A DNA stretch of 64,000 nucleotides, from the NCBI GenBank assembly GCA_023269675.1, contig JAHFSX010000008.1, positions 85,999 through 149,998 on the forward strand, in the 5' to 3' direction. Numbering within the stretch: the first letter of the stretch is position 1; each line of letters starts with the position of its first letter. The notes under the pieces were generated by a model. The model made no database searches. It was not told where the DNA came from and was given only the letters and a program-made list of their open reading frames with translations. This DNA is from Verrucomicrobiota bacterium. GTDB lineage: Bacteria > Verrucomicrobiota > Kiritimatiellia > RFP12 > UBA1067. Shown here one piece after another: positions 9,441-19,500 of the stretch. Both the position numbers and the translations under genes were made by a program.

Positions 9441-12416
9441 TCACTTCTTGGAGGTGCGCCCGTCGTGGATATAGCTGAACGGCGTGCCGGACTGCGCTTG
9501 CGGGACGATCCAGACCTGATATTCGCCCTCGTCGACCTGCCACTTTCCGTCGCGGGTTGTAAAGCCCAATACGTCGCCAGTCAACGGGAAGACGACGTCC
9601 GCCTTTTCGCCGGGCTTCAGCGCGAGCCGCTTGAAGCCGCGCAGCTCCTGCTCCGGCCGCGCTCCCGCATGACACACCATCTGGCGGATATACAGCTGGG
9701 CCGTTTCGACGCCCTCGCGCGTGCCGGTGTTGGTTATCGTCACAACGGCCTCGGCGGGCCTGCCGGCCGCCGGCGGGGTGAGCCGGACCGGGCTGTATTC
9801 GAACGTCGTGTAGGTCAGTCCGTAACCGAACCAGAATTTGGCGTCTCTGAAGGCCGCGTCGCGGTACTGTCCCGACCCCGGGCGCCCCGTGTGGTAGCGG
9901 TTGTAATAGGCGGGGACCTGCGCCACGTCGCGCGGCACCGACATGCTCAGGCGCGCGGAGGGCGCCACATTGCCGACCAACAGATCGGCCAGTCCGTTGC
10001 CCGCCTCGCTTCCGGGCTGCCAGGCGTAGAGCACGGCCGCGGATTTCTCCCACACCGCCGGCAGGGCCAAAGGACGCCCGCTGAAGACGATCGTCACCAC
10101 CGGCTTTCCGGCGGCGGCCACCGCATCAAACAGGGCCTGCTGATTCCCGGAGAGCGTCAGAAAAGCGCGCGACGCGTTTTCCCCGGTCCACCCTTTGGGC
10201 TCGCCCACCGCCATGACGACCACATCCGCATCCTTGGCGGCACGGACGGCGTCCTCGATCCTGAGATCCGCGTCCTTGGGCGGCGCGCTCTCATCCGGCA
10301 CGATCCGCCCGTCCTGAAGGGTCTTTGTCGTGGGCACGGTGTTCATGGAGCACCCTTTGACCACCGTCAGCAGGGCCTCCTCGGGGAGCGCGGCCTTGAG
10401 CGCGCTCGCCAGCGTCGGCTCACTCCAGGAGCAGCGTCCCGTCCAGCATCCCAGGATTTCGCGATGGTCCTCGCCCACCGGCCCGATGAGCGCCACCCTC
10501 CTGACCTCCTTCGAAAGCGGCAGAACACCCGTGTTCTTGAGCAGGACCGTCGACTTCGTCACGCATTCCCGCGCCAGCGCCAGATCCTCCGGCCTCTTCT
10601 GCGCGGGCTTGTATCCCGCCTCGTCCACATACGGCCGCTCGAAAAGGCCTACTTGGAATTTCACGCGCAACACACGCCGCACGGCTTCGTCAACCGTGGC
10701 TTGTGTCACCCGCCCCGCTTTGACTTCCGCCGCCAGGTTCGGCGAGTAGGCTTCGGCCTTCATGTCCATGTCGTTGCCCGCGTTGAGCGCCAGCCTCGCC
10801 GCGTCGGCCTTGTCCTCGGCATACCCCCATTTGATCATCTCCTTGACCGACTCCCAGTCGCTGACCACAAAGCCGGTGAACCCCCACTCGTCGCGGAGGA
10901 TCTCCGTCAGCGCATGGCGGTTCGCCACGGCGGGAATGCCCCCGATCGTGTTGAAGCTGCTCATGACGGTCAGCGCGCCCGACTGGATACCGGCACGAAA
11001 GGATGGCAAATGTGCGTTGCGCAGCGTCCACTCGGTGATCTCGGAGTCGTTATAGTCCCGCCCGCCCGTGACCGCGCTGTAGCCGACATAGTGCTTCAGA
11101 CAGGCCGCCACCCGGTCGGGCGCGGCGGGGTTGGCCCCCTGGAACCCCCTCACTTGCGCGGCATCGCAGAGCGCGGAGAGATAGGGATCTTCGCCGCAGG
11201 TCTCCGCCACGCGTCCCCAGCGCGGATCGCGGGCCAGGTCGCACATCGGCGCGAACACCCAGTCGACGCCTTCCGCGCGCGACTCCCGCGCGGCCACGGT
11301 CTGCGCCCGCTCAAGCAGCTCCGGGTCAAACGAGCAGGAAAGCCCCAGCGCGATGGGGAACAGCGTGCTCGTCCCGTGTATCATGTCCATCCCGAAGATG
11401 ATCGGGATGCCCAGCCGGGACTCCTGCACGGCGATGCGCTGGAATTGATTGCGCAAGGCGGGAGCCGTGGTCGTCCAGATGTAGGAGCTCACCTCGCCCC
11501 GTCGCATCAGCGGAAACAGCTGCGCATCATCCTGCCTTCTCCCTCCGAGAACCAGCTGGTTCAGCTGCCCGATCTTCTCCTCCTGCGTCATTTGCGTGAG
11601 GAGATTTTCCACGCGCTTGGCGAGCGGCTGAGCCGGATCCTCATAGGCATCCTTGTTCCCGTTTTTGTTCAGGTCGAGCCACCCCGCCTGATCGATCACG
11701 GGAAATTTCTTCCCGGCCGTCGCCGGGTCGGGAATCACCGCGAACGTCAGCCCCGCCAGCGCCCGGAAAGAGCCCTTGGCTCCGCTGCGCACCGCCACGC
11801 TAAAGACATCCGAGAGCGAAGCCTTAGTGACGATGAACTTGGTGAACTCGCAGCCGGCGGCTCCCTGGACGGTCTGGCAAGCGGCGACCGGCTCGCCGCC
11901 GTTGACCCGGAACGCCAGGCCCGCGTTGCAGTTGGCGGCGGGCTTCAGCGTGCTGTCCAAGACCCAGACGGCGAACGAGGTCACCGCGGGGTTGGTGATG
12001 CGGAAGGTCGCCAGATCCGCGAAGGTGTTGGTGCCTCCGCCCCGGTTGTTGTAGAGGATGCCGGTCACCACGGGCGTCCCGCCGGGGGCGAGCACGTGGG
12101 TGCAGTCCGCGGAGGAGGGGTTGGCCGGAATCAGCCGGCCCTGCTCATCGCCCGGGGCCGTGACGCTGAAATCGGCCAACCGGGCCAGATTCATGGCCGG
12201 ATCGTCGCCCTCCTTGCCGCCCGGCTTCGGGTCGGCCCCGAAAAAGATGTACTGCTCGCCGGGCGCCTGACTTCCGGCCGGGCTGATCACCTGACTGTCG
12301 AAGGCGACCGCGGCCGACGGCGGCTGCGCCTGCAGGGCCGCAACCGCCGCCAACGACAGCAGCATCATCATCCGTTTCTTTTTCCGTTCAGTCGTCTGGT
12401 TCTCGCGCATGTCCAT
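9441..12416 (-). CDS. Glycoside hydrolase family 3 (beta-glucosidase/beta-xylosidase-type) with ~270-aa N-terminal extra domain
   Basis: ORF 9441..12533; start placed at MDMRENQTTERKKKRMMMLLSLAAVAALQA (signal); GH3 signatures KHYVGYS and GFTGFVVSDWESV (catalytic Asp in SDW). Confidence 0.85.
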   Translation of the reverse strand: MDMRENQTTERKKKRMMMLLSLAAVAALQAQPPSAAVAFDSQVISPAGSQAPGEQYIFFGADPKPGGKEGDDPAMNLARLADFSVTAPGDEQGRLIPANPSSADCTHVLAPGGTPVVTGILYNNRGGGTNTFADLATFRITNPAVTSFAVWVLDSTLKPAANCNAGLAFRVNGGEPVAACQTVQGAAGCEFTKFIVTKASLSDVFSVAVRSGAKGSFRALAGLTFAVIPDPATAGKKFPVIDQAGWLDLNKNGNKDAYEDPAQPLAKRVENLLTQMTQEEKIGQLNQLVLGGRRQDDAQLFPLMRRGEVSSYIWTTTAPALRNQFQRIAVQESRLGIPIIFGMDMIHGTSTLFPIALGLSCSFDPELLERAQTVAARESRAEGVDWVFAPMCDLARDPRWGRVAETCGEDPYLSALCDAAQVRGFQGANPAAPDRVAACLKHYVGYSAVTGGRDYNDSEITEWTLRNAHLPSFRAGIQSGALTVMSSFNTIGGIPAVANRHALTEILRDEWGFTGFVVSDWESVKEMIKWGYAEDKADAARLALNAGNDMDMKAEAYSPNLAAEVKAGRVTQATVDEAVRRVLRVKFQVGLFERPYVDEAGYKPAQKRPEDLALARECVTKSTVLLKNTGVLPLSKEVRRVALIGPVGEDHREILGCWTGRCSWSEPTLASALKAALPEEALLTVVKGCSMNTVPTTKTLQDGRIVPDESAPPKDADLRIEDAVRAAKDADVVVMAVGEPKGWTGENASRAFLTLSGNQQALFDAVAAAGKPVVTIVFSGRPLALPAVWEKSAAVLYAWQPGSEAGNGLADLLVGNVAPSARLSMSVPRDVAQVPAYYNRYHTGRPGSGQYRDAAFRDAKFWFGYGLTYTTFEYSPVRLTPPAAGRPAEAVVTITNTGTREGVETAQLYIRQMVCHAGARPEQELRGFKRLALKPGEKADVVFPLTGDVLGFTTRDGKWQVDEGEYQVWIVPQAQSGTPFSYIHDGRTSKK

Positions 12417-12661
12417 CCTCCCTCGACTCTCTCGACTCCCTCGCCAACCGCTCTCGCCCGCGACCTCATCCCCGCCGGCGCACCTTCGATCGCCATGCGT
12501 AAACCGGCACCGGAGATGAGCAGGTCGCCGCATAAACCTGGAACTCGGCGATCGTCACGCTCCGGCGCTTGACCGGCTTCCCGATCCGCACCGGGCGTCC
12601 CGGCCCGCGCTGTTCCCGCATGTGGGAGCAGCGCAGTTCCTCAGACGGCGCCGACGATCCC

Positions 12662-15600
12662 TTACATGACCGAGATCAGCGTGCCGGGCGTCGCGTAATA
12701 CAGCACCACACTGTTCGGATGGTAGCCCACGTGCCAATTCTCCGGCAGCCCGGCGACCGGCGCAAAGCTCCCGCTGCGCGCGCCGGTCCACGTGACGAGC
12801 GTGTAGGTCTGGCCGCGCACCAGCGTCCCGGCCGACACCGCGAGCCGCGCGCCCGTCCCCAGCGTCAGGTTGCCGGTCACCGCGAGCGTCCCCGTGCCGC
12901 CCGTGCCGGCGGTCACCGTCAGCGTGTTGGTGAGCGTGACGTCGCTCTGCACGACGAGCTGGCCCTCCCGCACCGCGGTGGGCCCGGTGTTGCTGACCAC
13001 GCCCGTCAGGTAGACCGTGCCGACGCCCGTCTTGGCGATCCCGCCCGGCCCCGTGATCTTGCCCGAGAAGGTCACCCCGTTCGCGTCGGTGTTAGCCGAG
13101 GTCAGGATCACGTCGCGCGTCAAAACCAAGGCGTTGGTGAACGCCGAAGCGCCCGCGACCTGGCCTCCGCCCAGCGTGACCGTTCCTCCGGAGTCGGCCA
13201 GGACCATCGCGTTACCGACCGTGTAAGGGCCATCCGTCAGCAGGGCCACATCCCCCGCGCCCGTGCTGGCATCGCCAAGCAACACCGACGCCTTGCCTAG
13301 CGCGCCAGCAGCGCCATTCCCGGACGAATTCGCTCCGACCAAGACCTTGCCTCGACGGATCGTGACGTCACCCGTCATGGCGTTGGTCGTGCCCGAGATG
13401 CGCCACGTGTTGGACCCGACTTTGGTATAGCGGAACGGGAAGGCGCTGTTGCCGATGCTGTTGTACGTGCCCCACAGATAGCCGGAGTATTCGAACGTCT
13501 CGTCGGCATCGCGTCCGACCAGCAGCGGCGGCTGCGCCTGGTTGTCCGGGCATTTGCCGCCGAACGAGCCCGAGCCGGTCAAACGGCCCAGCGCGATCGC
13601 ATAGGGGAAGGTGACCCAGCCGAAGTCGACCGCCGCGCCGTCCGGCACCGCGAACTCGCCGGCCGGGAGACCGCCCCCGACGTTCCGGGTGTAATATCTG
13701 GCGCCGTCGAAGACGCCCGTGAAGTGGTTGAAGTGCGCCCCGTTGAACGAGACCGTCGCCGCGGTCGCCGAACTGTTGGTGATGGTCAGGCGCCCCGGCC
13801 CGGAGATGAAGTCGCAGGAATAGGTCTCATCCCCTTTGACGCCCATATTGACGGACACCCCGTCCAAATCGACGATGCCGCCCGTCGCCTCGACGCGCAC
13901 GTGGTAGCCGCCCTGCTCGTCTTCCGAACTTCCGCCGCCGTTGGTCGCGCCGTTGCCGGAAAGGAACAAGGCGCCGCGCAGAACGGCATTGTTCCTGACG
14001 ATCACGGTCCCCAGCTTCTCGCCCGAAATCACCCGCGGGCCGGCCCCGTTCTTGCTGATGTCCAGCGTCCCCTCCTCCACCGCGAAGGTTTTGGACAGAT
14101 CGTCCAAGAAATTTTCATTGGCCATCATGGACCAGTTGCCGGCGATGGTCAGCATCCCTTTGCCGGTCTTGGTCAGCAGGCCGTGCGCCTGCGCCCCGGT
14201 GCGCCCAATGAAGATGGTGCGGTCACTGGCGTCCGGCACGTCGATCCTGCCGCCCGCCTCGTTGAAGAACAGGCTGTTCGCCCCCGCAACGCCAAAACTT
14301 TGCTGGCCTCGCAGACGCAGGGTCGCCCCGTTGTAGACATACACGGACCGGTTGGTCGCGCCGAACGCCTGCCCGCTCTCGATCTCCAGCGTCCCGCCAA
14401 TCACATAAATCGTGCCGGAGAACGTGTTCCGGACATCTGAAAGGATGAGCGTTCCCGGCCCGGTCTTGGTCAAAGTCAGCGCGCCTCCGGCCGGCGTGTT
14501 GGTCAGGACCGAGCTGATACGCAGCACCGCCTGGGTGTTGTACTGGTGCACGGTCAGCTCGCTGCCCTGCGCGGAGGTCAACGTGCCGCCCTGGATGTGA
14601 ACCGCGTTCGCGCCCATCGCCGCCGTCACCAGAATCGCGCCGTTCGTCAGGCCGGTGTCGCCCTGCAGCGTCAGCTGCCCGGCGGCGGGGTCGTTGAAGC
14701 GCAGCGTGCGGATCCGGGCGTCCGCCGGCACCGAGGCGGGCGTGAGCGCCGTCACATCCATGTGCCGGGGAGTCACGTTGTCCCAGTCCGTTGCGGCCGA
14801 CGCGTAGGGGATCGCCGTGCCGTCTGCGCTTCGCGCGACAAAAGCCCCGCCGCCATACGTGATGCGGGTGTTCAGCATGCCCGCGTCGACGCCGGAGCGA
14901 GACAGCCTCAACGTGGTGCCCTCCTGGACACGCAGGTCGAGCGATTCGCCCGCTCCCACGGCGCACGCCGCGGCGCCTTCCGGATCGAAGCGCGTCCCCG
15001 CGGCCCCGCTGAGGCTGACCACGCCCGCGCACCCGGCGGCCGGATTCAGACTGTGGATGGTGTTGGTGAACGGCTGCGCCCCGCCGATGATGTTCAACCT
15101 TGCGTCGTTGTAGAGGTTCACGTACCACGCGACGGGCAGTTTGGCCTCGCTGTTCCCCGTGTAATCCAGATTGACCGCCCCAGAACAGATGTGCAGGTTC
15201 TGGTGCTGTCCTGCGCGGGTCAGGGTCAGCGTACCGAGCCCCGACTTATAAACTTGGCCGCTGAAAGGACCGAGCACACCATTGAAGGTCACGTTCTGGT
15301 CCGCCGTGCGCAGCCGGACGTCGGCCCTGTTGGTCAGTACAAGACCCGCCGAGGTGATGTCCCACGGCGTCTCGAAGAGGAACGCGCCGCCCCCGAAGAT
15401 CAGCGGGCCCGCGCCAAGGTTCTCCCTGCAGGTCGCGCTCAGATAACCGTTCGAGATGATCGTGCCGCCGCTGTAGGTGTTCGTGCCGCGCAGGAACAGC
15501 GCATTCAGCGAGTTCTTGATCAGCGTTCGGCCCGCGCCCTGCTCGCCGATCGCCCCTGTGAGCGCGATGGCGCTGCCCACGGCACGCGGATAAGAGCCCA

Positions 15601-16486
15601 TATAACCCATGCCGATGGCGCTGTCGCCCGCCAACGTGATGGGGCCCGACCAGACCGAGGTGTAGCACGGCGACTGCTGGCTGGCCGCCAGAACACCGAG
15701 CCCCCCCACGCCGCAACCGGACAGGAGCATGCTCTGATCCGGCCCGAACGAAAACCCGCCGAGGTCGACCTGGCTTCCCGCGTTCGTCGCGATGAGCGTA
15801 TTGTCGCGTCCGAACTGATGCCCCTCGCCGCCCAGCCGCGTATGTGCCTGCGCCCGCACGATGCCGTTCCGCACCTCAAGGTCGCCTGAGAATACGTTTT
15901 CACCGAACAGGGCGACCTGATTCTCCGCCGCGAAATTCGAGACGGTCAACCCGCGCCGCGATCCGTCCTCTGAGATGTTTCCCGTCAGATAAACCGCCGT
16001 CCCCGGCTTGATCAGCTTATTGGTCGGATTGTATGAAATGGCCAGATCCGCTTTCAGCTGGACATCGCAACGGATCCTCATGCGCGTCGTATTCGTGACA
16101 CAGTTGTTCTGGAGCGTGGCGGGCACGCCCCCGACCCCGCTGTCCAGGATGAGCGATTCCGTGCGTCCATACGCCCCGAACCCGGGGGAGATCACGAGAG
16201 CGGCACTGACCGGAGCCTGGTCGGGGACGATCATATTGCCCAAGACCACGTTGGTTCGGCTGTTGAGCACGGGCAAGGGAAGGTCCATTTGCACCCCTGA
16301 GGTGGAAGAGAGCGTAGCGCCTGCTCCGCCCGCGACCGCCCCGTTCGCCCAATTGTTCGTTCGCCCGTAATCGCCGCCGCCGCCCCCGCCGGGCGAGGTC
16401 CACGTCCCGTCCGTCGCCTGCGCCGATCCGGCCGCCAGCAAAAACGCCGCGCATGCGGCCAGCCACTGTCTTACGTTTCTTTTCAT
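12662..16486 (-). CDS. Giant (1275 aa) beta-helix / autotransporter-associated-repeat adhesin-like secreted protein
   Basis: ORF 12662..16870; start placed at MKRNVRQWLAACAAFLLAAGSAQA (signal); Gly/Thr/Asn-rich with recurring GTLTL/GGG beta-strand repeats; N-terminal TDGTWTSPGGGGGGDYGRTNNW; C-terminus TPGTLISVM. Confidence 0.8.
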   Translation of the reverse strand: MKRNVRQWLAACAAFLLAAGSAQATDGTWTSPGGGGGGDYGRTNNWANGAVAGGAGATLSSTSGVQMDLPLPVLNSRTNVVLGNMIVPDQAPVSAALVISPGFGAYGRTESLILDSGVGGVPATLQNNCVTNTTRMRIRCDVQLKADLAISYNPTNKLIKPGTAVYLTGNISEDGSRRGLTVSNFAAENQVALFGENVFSGDLEVRNGIVRAQAHTRLGGEGHQFGRDNTLIATNAGSQVDLGGFSFGPDQSMLLSGCGVGGLGVLAASQQSPCYTSVWSGPITLAGDSAIGMGYMGSYPRAVGSAIALTGAIGEQGAGRTLIKNSLNALFLRGTNTYSGGTIISNGYLSATCRENLGAGPLIFGGGAFLFETPWDITSAGLVLTNRADVRLRTADQNVTFNGVLGPFSGQVYKSGLGTLTLTRAGQHQNLHICSGAVNLDYTGNSEAKLPVAWYVNLYNDARLNIIGGAQPFTNTIHSLNPAAGCAGVVSLSGAAGTRFDPEGAAACAVGAGESLDLRVQEGTTLRLSRSGVDAGMLNTRITYGGGAFVARSADGTAIPYASAATDWDNVTPRHMDVTALTPASVPADARIRTLRFNDPAAGQLTLQGDTGLTNGAILVTAAMGANAVHIQGGTLTSAQGSELTVHQYNTQAVLRISSVLTNTPAGGALTLTKTGPGTLILSDVRNTFSGTIYVIGGTLEIESGQAFGATNRSVYVYNGATLRLRGQQSFGVAGANSLFFNEAGGRIDVPDASDRTIFIGRTGAQAHGLLTKTGKGMLTIAGNWSMMANENFLDDLSKTFAVEEGTLDISKNGAGPRVISGEKLGTVIVRNNAVLRGALFLSGNGATNGGGSSEDEQGGYHVRVEATGGIVDLDGVSVNMGVKGDETYSCDFISGPGRLTITNSSATAATVSFNGAHFNHFTGVFDGARYYTRNVGGGLPAGEFAVPDGAAVDFGWVTFPYAIALGRLTGSGSFGGKCPDNQAQPPLLVGRDADETFEYSGYLWGTYNSIGNSAFPFRYTKVGSNTWRISGTTNAMTGDVTIRRGKVLVGANSSGNGAAGALGKASVLLGDASTGAGDVALLTDGPYTVGNAMVLADSGGTVTLGGGQVAGASAFTNALVLTRDVILTSANTDANGVTFSGKITGPGGIAKTGVGTVYLTGVVSNTGPTAVREGQLVVQSDVTLTNTLTVTAGTGGTGTLAVTGNLTLGTGARLAVSAGTLVRGQTYTLVTWTGARSGSFAPVAGLPENWHVGYHPNSVVLYYATPGTLISVM

Positions 16487-16578
16487 GACCTCGTCTCCTG
16501 TGTTGCACACCTGCCCAGAGGACTCCTCGTCCGCCAGGCGCATGCCGTTCCCACGTGAACTGTTCCGGCCGGGACGCC

Positions 16579-19500
16579 TCATTGCGGCGTCGGCGGACGG
16601 TTCGGTGAGCCGTCCCTTGCTACGGGAGGGCTCCGCAACCACGCCGCCGGCACCGGCTGGCGCGCCAGCCCCGGCCCTGAAAGCTCGAGCACCGGCGCGA
16701 TGCCGCGCCACACGACCCACGGCGAGGGATACCCCCACCAGTAGTCGATGCGCTGACGCTCGATGTCCCTGGCCCGCGCATCGGAGAAAACCACCTGGAA
16801 GCGGTGCAGCCCTTTGGCGAGCGGGATCGACCAGCAGCCGCGACCGTGCCACAGCTGACCGAGCCGCCACTCCCCGCCGTCAACGAACACCCGCAAATCA
16901 TACCCCGGCTCACAGCCGTTGACCACGTATTCTTCAGGCGCATGGAAGGTGTAGACGCCGGCGGACGGCACTTCCAGATACCCGCTGTAGCGCACCGCGA
17001 ACGGGCCGTCGGTCTGCCGCATGCCCACATCCAAAAGCCGCTCCACGGTTCCGGAACTTTTCGCGGGCAGCCGGTCGGCCGCGCCGAAGAGCCGGAGCCA
17101 GCTGCCCTCCAGATACTCGTAAGCGAGTCCCGGCCGCACATCGTCCACCTTCACCGCAGGCCGCACCGGCTCTTTCCGGAACCGCGCGAAGCTGACGTCG
17201 CTCACGCGCGTGCCGTCGGTCGCGAACGGGATCTCGGTGGCGCCGGGCCTGAACGCCCGCGCCTGCACCATGCAGCTCTTGCCGATCATGAACGGTGCCG
17301 TGTACCGCGCCGACCCCGCAGTCGGCTCGCTGCCGTCGAGGGTGTAGCGCAGTTCCACACCCGGCGTCTTCGACACCACCGAAACCTCCAGCGTAGCGCT
17401 GAACACCTCCGTCTCCGGCAGGACGCCCGGCGGGTCGATCGGACGCCAGACCTGCGTCAGCTTCGGCTCCGCCATCCCGCGCGCGAGCTCGAACGCGCAG
17501 TCCGGCCCGGCCAACTTCACGGTCGTCCCCTCCAAATCCACCGTGTCACTCCCCAGCGCCAGCCCGCTCCAGCTCTTCTCCCGGGATTGCACCGCCAGCA
17601 CGGCCTGCTCCGCGTCCGGCTCCTGCGCGGGGCCCCCGCGCAGGAGCGGGACGCGGAAGGCGATCTTGCCGCCGTCGCGGGTGACCGCGTCGAAACCGGT
17701 CTCCCTCGCCGTGGTGACACCGCGGACCTCCGCCAGCGTGGCCGGCGCGGAGGGGTCGCGGCGCGGCTCCAGCAGCGTCACCAGCACGGTCTCGCCCTGC
17801 GCCGTCCACGAGGCCTGGAGGACCGTCCGGCCCTTGATCGGCTTCAAGGTCTCATACGCGAGGCCGCGAACGCCGAACTGGCGGAGCGTCAGTTGCGCAC
17901 CCGCCGGGCGGACCAGGCGGATCTCGCCCTTGGCCGCCTCGGTCTCGGCCCGCGCGTCTTTGTCGACCGGCAGCAGCAGGTACCGCGCGCTCACCCGGTG
18001 CGGCGCGCCGTCGCTGAAACGCACCCGGTCGACGACCACGAAGAGACGCTGCTCCCGAAGCTGGATGACCTGGCGCGTGGTGTGGACGTTCGTGACGGCC
18101 GTGTCGGTGATGACCAGCTGTTTGCGGGGATGCTCCCCCTTGGACATTTCGATATTCCAGTTCTGGTACGCCCCGGTGAAAAAGCACTCCTGATAATCGT
18201 AGCGCGCCGAGCAGTGGAAGCGGTTCGGCAAAGGCTTTTCAGGCGCCTCCACCAGCCGCTCGGTCTTGGAACCCGGCTTCCACCCTTTGGTCTCGAACGA
18301 CTGGCACTGGTTCTGCCCGTCGATCAGCAGCGGGCGCGACAGCAACAGCGGCTCGCCGAAGTCCCAGTAGTGATACTGCGTGTCCCAGAAATCGTTGCCG
18401 TACCACGTGTCGCTGAGCGTGTCCATGTAGCGGTCGTTGGCGCTGCCGCCCGGCGGCTGGCAGACCATCTCGATGAACGACGCGTCCGGCGACCAGTCGC
18501 GCCGCAGGTAGTGGATGCCCGCGTACGGCATGTAGTCCGAGACCATCTTCGGCGCGCCCTGATAGCTGCCGGGCAGACGGTTGGTCACCACGCTGTAACA
18601 GCCCTGCAGCCGTTTCGGGAGCGCGTCGTATGTCCGGCCCCGCCCGTAGACCGTGTCGATGACCGCCCGCACCTCCGGTTCGCGCAGGATCACGCCCGCA
18701 AGCTCATCGCACCCCGGAGCCTCCGTGTAGTCCGACAAGAACGGTTTGGGATACTTTTCTCCCGGCTGACGCAGCAGAAGCTGATACGCCTGCTCGAAAC
18801 AGGCGGTATCGGAATCCTGGCCGGAACGGTGCTCCACGCCGTTGGGCGCGATGAAGCGCACCGGATACCGCGCCGCCGTGCGGTAGCCTTGCAGGAACCA
18901 CGACTCCAGCTCCGGCGTAAACCACGCGGGCTTGTCGCGCTGCATCTGGAAGTAGCGGTAGGCCGGCGTGCCGAGCGGGCACGGCACATGGCCGAAGTCC
19001 GCGACTTCGATCATCGAGCCGTCGCGCGTCATGGCCAGCGTCCACAGCCGCTCGAAGTGCTGGATCATCTCCTGCTCCAGCCGCTGCCCCGCGTAGAAAT
19101 CCGACAACACGCGCGAGAGCGTGTAGGCGCTGCCCCAGATATTGAACTGGTGGTTGAAGACCGTCTTGCGCGCCAGCCTCCAGTAGGTCGGCAGCGCTTC
19201 CTCGGTCCACAGGTCCAGATACCGGGCAAGGGTCGCGGCGGGCAGTTCGGCGGCGAAGGCGGGGCGCAGCTTCTGCGCCTCGCGCAGGTCGCGCAGCGTG
19301 CCCACGAACCCGCCCAACTGGCTCAGCGGAAAGTAGTCGCGCCTGTCACCGCCGTCGGCCCAGCGCTGGAAGAAGAGCGAGCGCTCGTCGAGCAAATCGG
19401 CCCAGCGGTCGAGGTATTTCCGCTCGCCGGTCGCCACGTAGGCCAGCAGCAGACAGCGCGGATGCGGCTCGCCCCACGGGATGACAGACGGGCTGAAGTC

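Noticed and set aside
9173-12533. Upstream in-frame extensions of several track ORFs (first Met of ORFs ending at 1632, 9173, 12533, 16870, 27103, 28108, 38039, 38683, 41921, 42928, 45190, 49721, 54288, 56558, 61623)
   Set aside because: In each case a downstream Met starts a canonical signal peptide or conserved N-terminus, and the upstream extension is Arg/Gly-rich low-complexity sequence. The shorter starts were used instead.
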